In this document: positions 17,576 to 28,158 of the stretch, piece after piece
Layout: every line of letters begins with the position of its first letter
Position numbering within the stretch: the first letter of the stretch is position 1
DNA from: Anaerolineae bacterium
GTDB taxonomy: Bacteria > Chloroflexota > Anaerolineae > B4-G1 > SLSP01
NCBI GenBank assembly: GCA_034676805.1
Contig: JAXDDO010000080.1
Span: forward strand, 2,261 to 66,260
Reading direction: 5' to 3'
Length of the DNA: 64,000 nt
Position numbers and translations under genes: made by a program
The notes under the pieces: generated by a model
Seen by the model: only the letters and a program-made list of their open reading frames with translations
Databases searched by the model: none
Told to the model about the DNA's origin: nothing

Positions 17576-19120
17576 TTACGCGTCACCGTAGAGCGGCACC
17601 GCGCCCTCGAATCGCGGTCCAACAGGAATGCGCTTTGCCCCGTCGACCACCGGCATATTGCGATAGTGCGGCACGTTGCCGGCGCGGCCTAGCGCACGCA
17701 CCAGCTGCTCTAGCAGTCGCTGACGGACCACCAAGTATGCCGGATCATCGTACAGGTTCAGCTGTTCTGCAGGATCGTCAATCAGGTGGAATAGCTGACC
17801 CCGCTCATCGTCGGCGAAGCGCGTCAGACGCCAACCGTCGCTGCTGACCACGGTCTGTACGCCGCCGTAACTGACGAGGATCTCATGCCATGGAGCAGGA
17901 TCATGCTCCCCTGCCGACGTCGCGACGAACGACCGACCCTCTAGAGGTGGGCGTGCCTCGTCGGGAACGCCAGCCCAGTCGCAGAAGCTGGGGTAGAAAT
18001 CCAGTGTGCAGGTGAGACGGTCCGTATTGACGTTGGCGATCCCGGCACCCGCAACGATGAGCGGCACGCGGATCCCTGTGTCATACGGCTTGACCCCCTT
18101 CGTGATCAACGCGTGATCGCCGAGCATGTCACCGTGATCCGTCGTGAAGACCAGGATTGTGTTCTCCCATAGGCCGGTGTCCCGCAAGAACGTCACGACC
18201 CGCGCGATCTGATCGTCGATAAAGCGTAGCGAACCATGGTAGAGGGCCCTCAGGCGGCGCATCACCTCAGGGCGATCATACACTTCGTGGAAGCCGGGGA
18301 ACTCCTGGTGGGCTTGCTCGAGCGTTGGATAGTCGCCCTCCAGCCACTCGGCCGGCAGGGGATCAGGCATGTCATCTGGGCTGAACATGCTTGCATAGGG
18401 CTCAGGGGGATCGTAAGGATCGTGTGGGTCTACGTACGAGATGTGGCAGAAAAAAGGTTCCTCCGGATGCGACTGCAGGTGCCGCTGCATGAAATCCAGC
18501 CCCAGCTCTGTGATGTACGTCGTGTCGTGGACTTCTGGCGGGAGTGGTGACGGATGCATCAAGGGCCACGCCTCAGCATCAGCAAGAGGCTGGAGATGCT
18601 TACGGCGGGCCTCGGCTCGATCTTCCTTCCGAGGATCTGACGGATGGGTCGGCCAGTCCCAGCACATCGACAGTGCAGCCTCGTAGTGCTCAGGGTGCTC
18701 TCTGGCCACCCAGTCGAGCCATGGCCATTTGGGGTCCTCAGTGACGGTCGATTCGTCGAAGCCCAGATAGCTCAGGCTCACAGGCACTGGCGTGTGCATA
18801 GGAGTCTGATGAAACTTGCCAAAGCCCCCGGTGCGGTATCCATGCGCCTGCAGCACCTGTGCATAGGTCGTGTTGTCCGCGCTCAATGTGTAGTTGTTGG
18901 TCACGATGCCGTGAACACACGCCGAGCGCCCCGTCAAGATCGTCGCGCGATTGGGCGCACAGATGGGGTGTGTAGCATAGCAGCGATCGAACCGTGAGCC
19001 CTCTGCCGCCAGGCGATCTAGGGTCGGTGTCGAGTCGACCCCACCACCATAGCAGTTGAGCATACCAGCGGCTAGCTGGTCAGCCATGATGAAGACAATG
19101 TTGGGTTGGGAATGTGTCAT
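17576..19120 (-). CDS. Formylglycine-dependent sulfatase (S1)
   Basis: PNIVFIMADQ, CAPNR (CxPxR), GKFH, DPHDP, TDHGD. Confidence 0.93.
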   Translation of the reverse strand: MTHSQPNIVFIMADQLAAGMLNCYGGGVDSTPTLDRLAAEGSRFDRCYATHPICAPNRATILTGRSACVHGIVTNNYTLSADNTTYAQVLQAHGYRTGGFGKFHQTPMHTPVPVSLSYLGFDESTVTEDPKWPWLDWVAREHPEHYEAALSMCWDWPTHPSDPRKEDRAEARRKHLQPLADAEAWPLMHPSPLPPEVHDTTYITELGLDFMQRHLQSHPEEPFFCHISYVDPHDPYDPPEPYASMFSPDDMPDPLPAEWLEGDYPTLEQAHQEFPGFHEVYDRPEVMRRLRALYHGSLRFIDDQIARVVTFLRDTGLWENTILVFTTDHGDMLGDHALITKGVKPYDTGIRVPLIVAGAGIANVNTDRLTCTLDFYPSFCDWAGVPDEARPPLEGRSFVATSAGEHDPAPWHEILVSYGGVQTVVSSDGWRLTRFADDERGQLFHLIDDPAEQLNLYDDPAYLVVRQRLLEQLVRALGRAGNVPHYRNMPVVDGAKRIPVGPRFEGAVPLYGDA

Positions 19121-19130
19121 CAGATATCCT

Positions 19131-20564
19131 TTACCTGAACCGAATATCGCTGACGTACGCGTTCAGCCTCATCCGTCCTTCTTCGGCATCGAAGATGGCG
19201 CGGCCCTGGATCATCAGGTTCTGGAACGTGATCCCCTCTACAGCGTGCTCGGCGTCAAAGCCCAACAGATGGGAATGGGGCCACTGCTCGCCGACCGCCG
19301 TGACGTCTACGAACTCGATACCGTGGATTCGCCCCCGCTGCGGGTCCTTGCTGTAATCGTTCGGCGCGACGATCAGCTCGATCAACAGCCCAACCTGGTC
19401 AGGATCGGAGACGTAGCCGGGAATGTCTTCGCGGAACTCACCCTCAACAATGGCCTCCTCCACACGGATGTCTTCGAATCGCACGTTGTAGACATCGGCA
19501 CGGTCGCCGTTCTGGATATCCATCGCCCTGTGCACCCAATGGACGATATCGCAGTTCTCGAAGAGAACGTCGTGGATCGACTCAGTTCGTGTCTCCGCAC
19601 CCAACTCCAGCGCGCGACCCCAGTCATTCCAGAGCACGCAGTTGCGCACCGTGATGTTGCGCAGGGCCGACCCACCGGTTGGTCGCCCACGCCATTGGTC
19701 AAAGCCCTTGAGCACAATGTTATCGTCGAACGCCCGGACAAAGCAGTTCTCGATCAGAACGTCCTGGCTATTCACTAGATCGATCCCATCTGAGTTGTAA
19801 CGCCATAGACCGACCAGCTTGATATTGTCAATGTGAACATTGCGACAGAGCGCAGGGACCACTGTCCAGACGTGGGGGTCGCGCAGGATGATCCCCTCGA
19901 TCTCGACGTTCTGGCACCCGAGCAGCGCGATCATCTGCGGCGCCTCGGACCGGCCGATGTCGCTGGCATCAAGAATGCCGCGTCCCGATATCTTGATATC
20001 GGATTTGTCGACAGCGGCGATAGTGCCGTGGACAATCGCCCCGCCCTCAAGGTAGACATGCTCACCACTGCGTAACTCGATGGTGCCTGCCTGATGCACG
20101 CCCGGACCGAAGTAATGCACCTTGGGGTCGTCAGGATCCGGACGGTCTTTCTCGAGTGGATCCGCAAACAGATGGAGGGCACCGTGCCAGCCGTTGATCT
20201 CTACCACGAGCTGGCAGGGGCGATCGATCACAAAGGTTACCGTCTGACCGTCTACCTCGTGGGCAATCGGGTACGACAACGGGCGCACGGCAACGTCTTC
20301 TATCGGGGTGCGCGGGACGATCTTGACTTCGACCTGCCCCTCGAAGTCGAAGGCCGCAAAGGACGCCAGCTCCGTCTGCTCAATCGGCCTCTGGTAACCG
20401 GGCCACACCTGGTTCACCGGCACAGTCGACACACGGGCCACGTGAACGAAGACCGGCGTGCCATTGACATAGACCTCGAAATCCTCGGATGCCGGCGTCC
20501 CTGCTGGCGCAGGATAGGTCACCACACGCGCACCCCCAGTTTGTACCACAGCTCTCTGTGTCAT
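19131..20564 (-). CDS. GH28-like right-handed beta-helix glycoside hydrolase
   Basis: YFGPGVH, VYLEGGA, ISGRGIL, NSDGID, AFDDNI; AGGAG RBS. Confidence 0.8.
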   Translation of the reverse strand: MTQRAVVQTGGARVVTYPAPAGTPASEDFEVYVNGTPVFVHVARVSTVPVNQVWPGYQRPIEQTELASFAAFDFEGQVEVKIVPRTPIEDVAVRPLSYPIAHEVDGQTVTFVIDRPCQLVVEINGWHGALHLFADPLEKDRPDPDDPKVHYFGPGVHQAGTIELRSGEHVYLEGGAIVHGTIAAVDKSDIKISGRGILDASDIGRSEAPQMIALLGCQNVEIEGIILRDPHVWTVVPALCRNVHIDNIKLVGLWRYNSDGIDLVNSQDVLIENCFVRAFDDNIVLKGFDQWRGRPTGGSALRNITVRNCVLWNDWGRALELGAETRTESIHDVLFENCDIVHWVHRAMDIQNGDRADVYNVRFEDIRVEEAIVEGEFREDIPGYVSDPDQVGLLIELIVAPNDYSKDPQRGRIHGIEFVDVTAVGEQWPHSHLLGFDAEHAVEGITFQNLMIQGRAIFDAEEGRMRLNAYVSDIRFR

Positions 20565-20675
20565 ATCTGCTCTCCTTTGGTCTCGTTGGTTAGTCGGGGG
20601 CAACCGACCTGTCGGTAAGCGGTGATCCCGTCCACATCGCCACAGGTTGCCCCCAGTCGAATGGTACTGCACCCA

Positions 20676-22214
20676 CTATGCATAGGCAAAGCGCTCCTGC
20701 CGCGGATGGCTGCCATGCCGCTCCAGTTGCTCGAGGTGCGCCAGGATCAGGCCCATGAGCCGCACCCGCTCATCGGCGTACCGCCGGTCATGCCACAGAT
20801 TGACCTTCTCGCGCGGATCAGCTTCCAAATCGTACAGCTCGCCGAACTCCCGGTCTGCATACCAGGTCAGCTTCCAGCGCTGCGTGACCACAGTCTTGAG
20901 CCGCAGGCCATCTACGGCATCGACACACTCCACAAGCACATCGTCACGCGCAGCATCCGTAGCGCCTCGCAGCACCGGCAGCAGACTTACCCCGTCAAGC
21001 TCGGGCGCAGTCAGCCCCAGCGCTGCCAGCACGGTCGGTACGATGTCTACCTGGCTTGCCAATCCGTCGCACCGCTGCCCACCGTCAAAGCCCGCAGGCC
21101 ATCGCATGAGCATCGGGATCCGCACCAACTGCTCATACAGGAATGGACCCTTCATCCAAATCCCATGGTCACCCAGCAGTTCACCGTGGTCGGTCACAAA
21201 GACCACGAATGTGTTCTCGGCCAAGCCCATGCTTTCGAGCCCCGCCAGGATTCTGCCTACCTCGCGATCGATCAGTCTGACCATCGTATGGTAGTAAGCG
21301 CGCCCCACGCGCGCAGCGTCTTGGGGGACGTCCACGTAGCCGCCGTGCCCTTGCCCAGAGAGATGGCACGGCCCTTCCTCGGGCCGCGCTGGGTTGACGA
21401 ACGAGCCCAACACGCCCGAGTCACGGATTCTGCCTTCTCGCTGGGCCGCAAAGAACGCGGGCTTGTCAGCCAACTCGCCCTCCTCGTAATCCGGAAGGGG
21501 CACCGAAGCAGGACTGACGCGCTCCGGGAAATCCGTTGGGACGTAGTGCGGATGGTGGGGGTCCTGAAAGCCGAGGGCTAAAAAGAAGGGCTGTGCCGAG
21601 GTCTGCGCCTCAAGAAACACCAGCGCCCGGTCGGCAGTCCAGACGCTGTTGTGCAGCGCCGTGGGCAGTGCCCAGTCGTATCCCTCCCCGCCCCAGGCCC
21701 GCTCCGCCAGCATAACACTCCTGTCACGCACGGCATCGAGTTCAGCCTCGCTGATCTGCTGTCGCACCCAATGCCCGTAGTGGCCACCGAATCCATAGAC
21801 CGTGTGGCCCATAGCCAGCTCAGCCGCGTCGAAGCCATAGTATGGGAAGGGTTCCGTGTAGATCCGCCCCAAGTTCTCCATCGACTCGCCCTGGAACGGC
21901 TCGAAGTGCGCCTTGCCGACGTAGTGCGTCCGATAGCCCAAATCGCGCAGGCGGTTGGATAGAAACGGAACATCGGTCGGGACCTTCATACCGACGTTCC
22001 ACGCACCGTGGCGACTCATCTGCAGACCTGAGAAGATTGACGCACGCGCCGGTGTGCACACCGGGTTCGCGCAATAAGCGCGCTCGAGGATCACACCCTC
22101 CGCACCCAGCCGATCAAGGTTGGGCGTAGCGGTGAACGTCGAGCCATAGCAGCTCAGGCTATCGGTACGCTGTTGGTCAGTGGTGATGACAAGTACGTTG
22201 GGTCTGGAAGCCAT
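20676..22214 (-). CDS. Formylglycine-dependent sulfatase (S1)
   Basis: PNVLVITTDQ, CTPAR, GKAH, DPHHP, TDHGE. Confidence 0.93.
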   Translation of the reverse strand: MASRPNVLVITTDQQRTDSLSCYGSTFTATPNLDRLGAEGVILERAYCANPVCTPARASIFSGLQMSRHGAWNVGMKVPTDVPFLSNRLRDLGYRTHYVGKAHFEPFQGESMENLGRIYTEPFPYYGFDAAELAMGHTVYGFGGHYGHWVRQQISEAELDAVRDRSVMLAERAWGGEGYDWALPTALHNSVWTADRALVFLEAQTSAQPFFLALGFQDPHHPHYVPTDFPERVSPASVPLPDYEEGELADKPAFFAAQREGRIRDSGVLGSFVNPARPEEGPCHLSGQGHGGYVDVPQDAARVGRAYYHTMVRLIDREVGRILAGLESMGLAENTFVVFVTDHGELLGDHGIWMKGPFLYEQLVRIPMLMRWPAGFDGGQRCDGLASQVDIVPTVLAALGLTAPELDGVSLLPVLRGATDAARDDVLVECVDAVDGLRLKTVVTQRWKLTWYADREFGELYDLEADPREKVNLWHDRRYADERVRLMGLILAHLEQLERHGSHPRQERFAYA

Positions 22215-22217
22215 GGG

Positions 22218-23300
22218 CTAGACAACCGCCACCGCGCTGCGCGCGATCTCCTCCCAATCAGGTTGCGACCCAAGCCCCGGCTCGTCAGTCGCCACCATGT
22301 ACCCATCGATGACACTGTTCGGTCCCTGGTCTTTGAGCCCTTTGATCTGCTCTGCATCGATCACGAGCACCTCAACATAATCGTTATTCGGGACGGCTGC
22401 ACTCAACTGCACGTCAGTGCCGTGAACCTGCGCCCGCATCCCGAACGATTCCGCCATATGCGCGATCTTCATCGCGCCGGTGTATCCCCCCTTGCGCCGC
22501 GAGATGCGCACCATGTCGAGGGCGCGCGCATGGATCCAGGTCGCTGCATTCCAGTGGGCACCCTCACACGTCTCCGCACCCAGGATCGGGATGTCGAGCG
22601 CCGCGCAGAGTTCGGTGTAGCTGGGCAGATCGTACTCGCGCATGGGCTCTTCATACCACAGGAAGTCCGCCTCCTCCAGCACGCGTCCAAACCACAACGA
22701 CGTCACGTAGTCCCAGCCAGCGGAGCCGTCGAACATCAGGTCGGCGTCATCACCCACCCAGCGCCGCACGTGGAGGGCGAGTTCCGCGTCCCACTTCGCG
22801 TCCCCTGACGCGTGTAGCTTGAAGGCAAAGAACCCCTCGTCGACGCACTCCTTGATATGGCGCTCGTATTCGTCCATCGTGTCCCACGTCACCGTGCTTG
22901 CATAAGCCGGCACCCGGGGATCGTGACCCCCCAACAGAAGATAGAGGGGTAATCCGGCAACCTGCGACTTGATATCCCAGGCAATCGCGTCAATCAGAAA
23001 GATCGCTTCCTCCCCGGCACCCAGTCGATGCAGTTCCCACGCCCGGTGCCACAGACGCTCAGTTAGGAGAGGGTTCTGTCCCAGCAGCTCCGGCTTCAGG
23101 AAGCTATACACCAGTTGAGCCATCGCGTAGCCGTTGCTGCCCGCGGCGTGCCCCACGACGCCCGCATCTGTCTCGACCTTGAGGTAGCCTACGTAGACGG
23201 TCTCGGGCGCCGTCGGAATGCGCAGGCCTTGGCGCCAGTGGAAGCGTGTCTGCCTCCCCGGTCGCGGTACAACGTAACACGTCACATTCGTGATTTCCAT
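22218..23300 (-). CDS. Mandelate racemase/muconate lactonising (enolase superfamily) enzyme, probable sugar-acid dehydratase
   Basis: AWDIK..GLPLY.LLGG, PAYAS, FKLH, MFDG, YEEP, GAE, QVH. Confidence 0.88.
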   Translation of the reverse strand: MEITNVTCYVVPRPGRQTRFHWRQGLRIPTAPETVYVGYLKVETDAGVVGHAAGSNGYAMAQLVYSFLKPELLGQNPLLTERLWHRAWELHRLGAGEEAIFLIDAIAWDIKSQVAGLPLYLLLGGHDPRVPAYASTVTWDTMDEYERHIKECVDEGFFAFKLHASGDAKWDAELALHVRRWVGDDADLMFDGSAGWDYVTSLWFGRVLEEADFLWYEEPMREYDLPSYTELCAALDIPILGAETCEGAHWNAATWIHARALDMVRISRRKGGYTGAMKIAHMAESFGMRAQVHGTDVQLSAAVPNNDYVEVLVIDAEQIKGLKDQGPNSVIDGYMVATDEPGLGSQPDWEEIARSAVAVV

Positions 23301-23396
23301 CGGATCAGCCTCCTCACTAGAATTAGACCGTGTGCTCGACACTACCGGGTGACCAAGCCCGCTCGACCCGGAGCAATAGGCGTTGGCCGGCGCTCG

Positions 23397-25247
23397 CTAG
23401 TCGGCGATGGCAGCCGGATCACCGCTGAATGTCGGGATGTCCATAGGGTCGTCGAATGCGTTGCCGGCGAATCTCGACCCTCCTGCCCGCGCCACGTGGA
23501 CGATCGATACCGGTCGCCGCTCGTAGCGATTGTTGTCCTGTGTGACTGTGTTGCCGTATGCCAGCACGTCGTGGACGTTGCTCAGTCCCAGAGCGTGCTT
23601 GCCACACCAATTGGTGATCTCATTGCCCAGCAACACGACGTCCCCGATGGCACGCCACGGACTGATGCGTCCCCCAAGACACTGATGCTCGAACCGAATG
23701 GCTGGGCCGAAGCTGTTGAACGCACAGTCACGGATGCGGTTGTCGGCAATGAGCAGGTGACCCAAATCGTAGCCCGCGTCAGTTCCACCGGGCAGGTTGG
23801 CGACCGGCTTGCTGGCATACGCCTCGATCAACTCGCGCGGCACGTCCCATCCGACGTCCTTGAAGACGTTGATGGCCTCGCTGTCCACACCCTCGAAGAC
23901 GTTGTTCTCAACGATGCCCCCCACGATCGCCGGCGTACTGATCCACACGGGCCACCGGCGATTGTCCCGCACGGTATTCGCCCGCATCACGAAGTTCCCG
24001 TTGGCGTTGTTGAGATTGTATGCCTGGTCGTCCAGCGCAAAATGCCCCTCCAGGTGTAGCGCAGGCAGCGGACGGTCGAAGAGAACGGCGCGACGCCCAA
24101 CATCAATACGCTCGACAACGGCTTGTCCCAGCGGGATACCATCGCGCGGATTGTAGAAGACGAAGGGGTCCCCGCGCTCGATCGACCAGAGCCCAGCGCT
24201 GCTCAAGACCGCGGTGCGCTCGTCGACCACGTGCTCTACGGGGCTTGGATAGGCATGGCTCACCAGCACATCATCGGCCCCTGCCTCAAAGTGACACCCC
24301 TCGATCCACGGGCCGATGCGCCCCCCGCCCGTATTGATCCCGTCCGAGTCCAGAGTGTGCCACCGCCCTTCCTTGCGACGCACCGCACAGTTGATGAAGC
24401 CCAGCCACGAAGAACCCCACCCTACATAGCTCCAGCTGGGACTCGCGTAGGAGAGCATATTGAGAAAGGTCACGCCGTGGCTACCCCGAACGTTGACAAA
24501 CGTGCCCTCAATCGCCTCGGGGCGTGACTGGTGAACGTAGCGATCGCCCGGCTCGAAGAAGCGAAGCGACTCCCTCGGTTTGATGGCGATCCGATAGAGG
24601 CGATCGCCCAGCCGCTCAAATCGCTCGGCGAAGTAGGCGTTCGGACAGGCGGGCTTCAGGCGCCCGGGGCGTTCCCGGTCCTTGAGCATGCCCCAGCTCG
24701 CGCAGTCAAGCCAGTTCATATTGGGCTTCAGGAGCGCCCAATGAGGCTCGTCGAAGGTCGAGTAACCGGGGTCGATGAGCAGATCAACGGTGCCGCTGCT
24801 TGCATGGACATCCTGTATCGTCCCCTGGGTAAAAGGCAACGGGGCGTAGTCCACCTCGAAGTTCCTCACGACAACGCCGTGACACCCCAACAACTCCAGG
24901 AATCCCGCCAGCGGGTTGTGGATCACGAGCTCGGCTCCGTTGCCATCGAGGATCATCTGTTCCGCGCCCATGATCCTGAGGCAGTGATCGGCCCCTTCGA
25001 AGTCTGGATAGAGGTCAAAGCGACCTTCGGAGAACAGCACCTTCGCCGCCTTCCCCGAGGCTTGAGCAGCGGCAATCGTTGCACGGATAGCCGGAAGCGC
25101 GTTGTCACCAGTCCCGGGTCGCGCACCATAGTCGACCACCGAATAGATCTCTGCCACATCGAAATCCACCAATGGCAGTGGGCGCGCAGCATAGACCCGA
25201 CTGCGGATGTTCGCCGCCCTCCGCCGTGCCTCATCCAGATCGTGCAT
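23397..25247 (-). CDS. GH110-like parallel beta-helix glycosidase (alpha-galactosidase-like)
   Basis: V.DYGA.P, DGNGA, DY.PLPFTQG, SDGIN and GADD motifs; beta-helix repeats. Confidence 0.7.
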   Translation of the reverse strand: MHDLDEARRRAANIRSRVYAARPLPLVDFDVAEIYSVVDYGARPGTGDNALPAIRATIAAAQASGKAAKVLFSEGRFDLYPDFEGADHCLRIMGAEQMILDGNGAELVIHNPLAGFLELLGCHGVVVRNFEVDYAPLPFTQGTIQDVHASSGTVDLLIDPGYSTFDEPHWALLKPNMNWLDCASWGMLKDRERPGRLKPACPNAYFAERFERLGDRLYRIAIKPRESLRFFEPGDRYVHQSRPEAIEGTFVNVRGSHGVTFLNMLSYASPSWSYVGWGSSWLGFINCAVRRKEGRWHTLDSDGINTGGGRIGPWIEGCHFEAGADDVLVSHAYPSPVEHVVDERTAVLSSAGLWSIERGDPFVFYNPRDGIPLGQAVVERIDVGRRAVLFDRPLPALHLEGHFALDDQAYNLNNANGNFVMRANTVRDNRRWPVWISTPAIVGGIVENNVFEGVDSEAINVFKDVGWDVPRELIEAYASKPVANLPGGTDAGYDLGHLLIADNRIRDCAFNSFGPAIRFEHQCLGGRISPWRAIGDVVLLGNEITNWCGKHALGLSNVHDVLAYGNTVTQDNNRYERRPVSIVHVARAGGSRFAGNAFDDPMDIPTFSGDPAAIAD

Positions 25248-25360
25248 AGCCTTCCCTCCCATATCTTGAGCCTGCTCCCATTTCGTCCCGACTCCCCACG
25301 CCCAGACATGATCCCATCATGCCAGGCCCCTCACAACATATGGGTCGGAACCACTCCCCA

Positions 25361-26470
25361 CTACCTATACGCCCACTCATGCGCCAGATCGAGATACAGC
25401 TTGATCGCCTCTGGCGGCACATTGTACGGTATGTGATTGCCAATGCACATCATGTACCCGCCCGACATTCGTGCGGTCTCGACCATGTGGGTCACCATGA
25501 CCCGGATCTCGTCAGGGTCGTTGCGCATCAGGACCCGGCAATCGCCCTCGCCTGCAATGAAGGGATTGTCGTACCGGCGCGCGATCGCCCTGTAATCGGT
25601 CACTGGCTCGCTGATGATCCCACGCGCACCACAGGCCATCAGATCGTCCACGAACGCATCAACGCACCCGTCGACCATGAAGATCACTTCCTTACCTGAC
25701 GCTCTGAGGATCGACCAGAACTCTTCGTAACGCGGGAAGATGTACTTCCGCATCCAGCCCGGGGAACAAATCGGGCCCTTCGTGGTCACGATGTCGTCGT
25801 GGCACACAACAAAGTTGACAGGTAACCGTGCAAACGCCTTGAATACCCGCCGGTTGATCTCGGCAAACTCCCCCAGGATGCGCTCAAATCGGGGATCCAG
25901 GCAATTCTCCAGAAAGTTCTGATAGCCAAAGACGAGGAGTGGCCACATGAAGAGCGTGTTGTAGAAGCCCACACTGGCGTCGCTCCCCTCCGGTGCGCGA
26001 TCCCCCCACTCCGCAGGATAGTGTCGCCTGTACCGTTCGTAAATGACATCGACGCTCCGGAAATCGCCGCCCCCGCTGTCGACGACAACGTTCCACCCGG
26101 TGAAGTCACCCTGTGCTAGCGGACTGAACGCCAGCATCGCCTCTCGCGACCCGAACCGATTGCGGGCGCTGTCTTGTTGCCAGCTATCGCGCAGCACCTC
26201 GCCCCACCGATCACGTCCGGCTTGCTCATCGATGCGCGGCAGGGGCGTGTCACTCTCCGGCTCGGGCAGCCCCAACGCCGGATACAGTGCGTTCAGACGC
26301 CGGATGCACGATCTGGGCTGCACATAGTAGTCTATTCCGGTAATGTAGGTCGCGGCATCTGGGTTGGACCAGTGTTCCCAGTGAATCACTTTGCTGGGGC
26401 CGCGCCCCACGAAAGTGGAGTAGCGGTTGACCGGCTTAGGCTCCGACAGCACGCCGGCTGACCCTGTCAT
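25361..26470 (-). CDS. Uroporphyrinogen decarboxylase/MtaA-like family protein
   Basis: HDDI..GPICSP, YIFP.Y, MVDG, GGYMM..NHIP.NVP. Confidence 0.8.
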   Translation of the reverse strand: MTGSAGVLSEPKPVNRYSTFVGRGPSKVIHWEHWSNPDAATYITGIDYYVQPRSCIRRLNALYPALGLPEPESDTPLPRIDEQAGRDRWGEVLRDSWQQDSARNRFGSREAMLAFSPLAQGDFTGWNVVVDSGGGDFRSVDVIYERYRRHYPAEWGDRAPEGSDASVGFYNTLFMWPLLVFGYQNFLENCLDPRFERILGEFAEINRRVFKAFARLPVNFVVCHDDIVTTKGPICSPGWMRKYIFPRYEEFWSILRASGKEVIFMVDGCVDAFVDDLMACGARGIISEPVTDYRAIARRYDNPFIAGEGDCRVLMRNDPDEIRVMVTHMVETARMSGGYMMCIGNHIPYNVPPEAIKLYLDLAHEWAYR

Positions 26471-28137
26471 CGCGATGTCACGCTGAAGTGCCCACGGCTG
26501 ATCTCATCGGGCCCACCCGGCAGGAAAAAGGTCGCCGCAAACTCGCGCGGGTCCGTGTCAAGCAGACGTAGAGCTTCGGCGATCGACGCAGGCCCGCCCT
26601 GGTTGCTCATATCCGCCAGCAAGACACTCCGGAGTTCCTTCACGACGTGCGCGGGCACCGCTTGGTCGGTAGCATAGCAGTGCCGCATGATCGCGGTCAG
26701 GTTCGTCTCTCTCAGATGGTGGGCATAGGCGAGCGTTCGCTGGCGCCAGGCGGCGAGATCGCGCAGTGTCAGGTCGAAATCCTCGCGCAACGAGCGCGGG
26801 ACATCGTCGCGGAACGTCTCACTTAGCTCCAAGGCCTCCTGCATCCGGTCCGCAGCGAGCTCACATTGGAGTTGCACATCCTCGAGCAACCATGGGTCTG
26901 GCTCCAGGTTGTCGGTCTTCATAAAGATCGCCCGGCGCGAAGACTCCCACGAAGGCGTGTGCGCCTGCTGACCCCGGATGAATGCCGCGCTCATACTATG
27001 CGAAGGATCCGCCTTCCCGATCTCGCGGATGAACCACGACGTGTACCAGGGGAAGAGCTCCATGGCCTCGCTCGTGACCTTCCAGAATTGCATCACACCA
27101 TCTTTGGACTTGCCATAGGGCTGCGCCAGGGTCTCCAGAGCCTCCAGCTCAGATCGGTTGGGATCTTCCAGGAATAACGCCGTCGTTCGCAGGTTGGGAT
27201 CTTCACGTGTGGGGACCAGGCCGTAGTATTCCTTGATGCCGTCGACATCCAGGCTGGCGATTGCCTGAACACCCCGCCAGGTCACCAAGGGCCAGGGCAG
27301 GTGTGTGAGAGGCTCCACCTCCTCAGTCGGCCCGCCCAGGAAATGCTCCACCCAAACAGGCAAACCTACGCGCTTGGCGAGTGTGACGGTGTTCTTGAGC
27401 CACCGGTCCACCGGCATGGTCACCATGACTTCCGCGATGTTCGAGTGCAGCGACAGCCCAACGCAGGAAGGGTCAAGCTGCTCTACCGTCCTGAGCACCT
27501 GGCCTGCCGAAAGCTCCCAGGGCTCCCACCACAGCCGTCCCTGAGGGCTCAGCGTCTGCCAGGTTCGGCCAAGCAAGTTCACAAACGCACTGACGCGCTG
27601 GTCGAGGGGGACGCCGCGACAACGCGGACACTCGCCGAACTCACTGCACAACCACGCGTCTTGGTCGTAGGTATACACCAGGATATCATCGACGCCGGGG
27701 AACTGCTCGGCAAACGCCCTCAGCAGCGCGGCGTACATCTCGCTGACTGCAGGGTCGAGCAAGCAGTTGGGAGGCGTGTCGCCAAACCGGGCATGCATAT
27801 TGTACGGCGCCCCAAAGTGGAACACCGTCCGCAGCCCCGCCTCACGACACAAGGCGATCCGCCCGCGTAGATCGGCCCTGCGCTGCGCAACGCGCTTCGG
27901 GTCAGTATCCGAGAGCAACGGGAGTGATTGGCGGTGCTCAGGGAGCAGGCCAATACCATCGACTACGTCCTCGAGGTTGAGCGGCTCATCTGCGGGCCGT
28001 GCGCCCCAGGCAATGTTGAGTTGGATGGTGTTGAACCCCATCTCGACCAAAGTCCGCAGGTTGTCCATTGACCAGGCCACGTCGGGCACCGACGGGCAAC
28101 CCAGGAAACCGACACGATACGCAAATGGCGACGTCAT
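26467..28137 (-). CDS. Uncharacterised TIM-barrel, glycoside-hydrolase-like protein
   Basis: 556-aa ORF; LVEMGFNTIQLN; YDQDAWLC...CPRC; ATGA overlap with the next gene. Confidence 0.55.
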   Translation of the reverse strand: MTSPFAYRVGFLGCPSVPDVAWSMDNLRTLVEMGFNTIQLNIAWGARPADEPLNLEDVVDGIGLLPEHRQSLPLLSDTDPKRVAQRRADLRGRIALCREAGLRTVFHFGAPYNMHARFGDTPPNCLLDPAVSEMYAALLRAFAEQFPGVDDILVYTYDQDAWLCSEFGECPRCRGVPLDQRVSAFVNLLGRTWQTLSPQGRLWWEPWELSAGQVLRTVEQLDPSCVGLSLHSNIAEVMVTMPVDRWLKNTVTLAKRVGLPVWVEHFLGGPTEEVEPLTHLPWPLVTWRGVQAIASLDVDGIKEYYGLVPTREDPNLRTTALFLEDPNRSELEALETLAQPYGKSKDGVMQFWKVTSEAMELFPWYTSWFIREIGKADPSHSMSAAFIRGQQAHTPSWESSRRAIFMKTDNLEPDPWLLEDVQLQCELAADRMQEALELSETFRDDVPRSLREDFDLTLRDLAAWRQRTLAYAHHLRETNLTAIMRHCYATDQAVPAHVVKELRSVLLADMSNQGGPASIAEALRLLDTDPREFAATFFLPGGPDEISRGHFSVTSR

Positions 28138-28158
28138 CTCTGCTTCCCCCTATGCTAT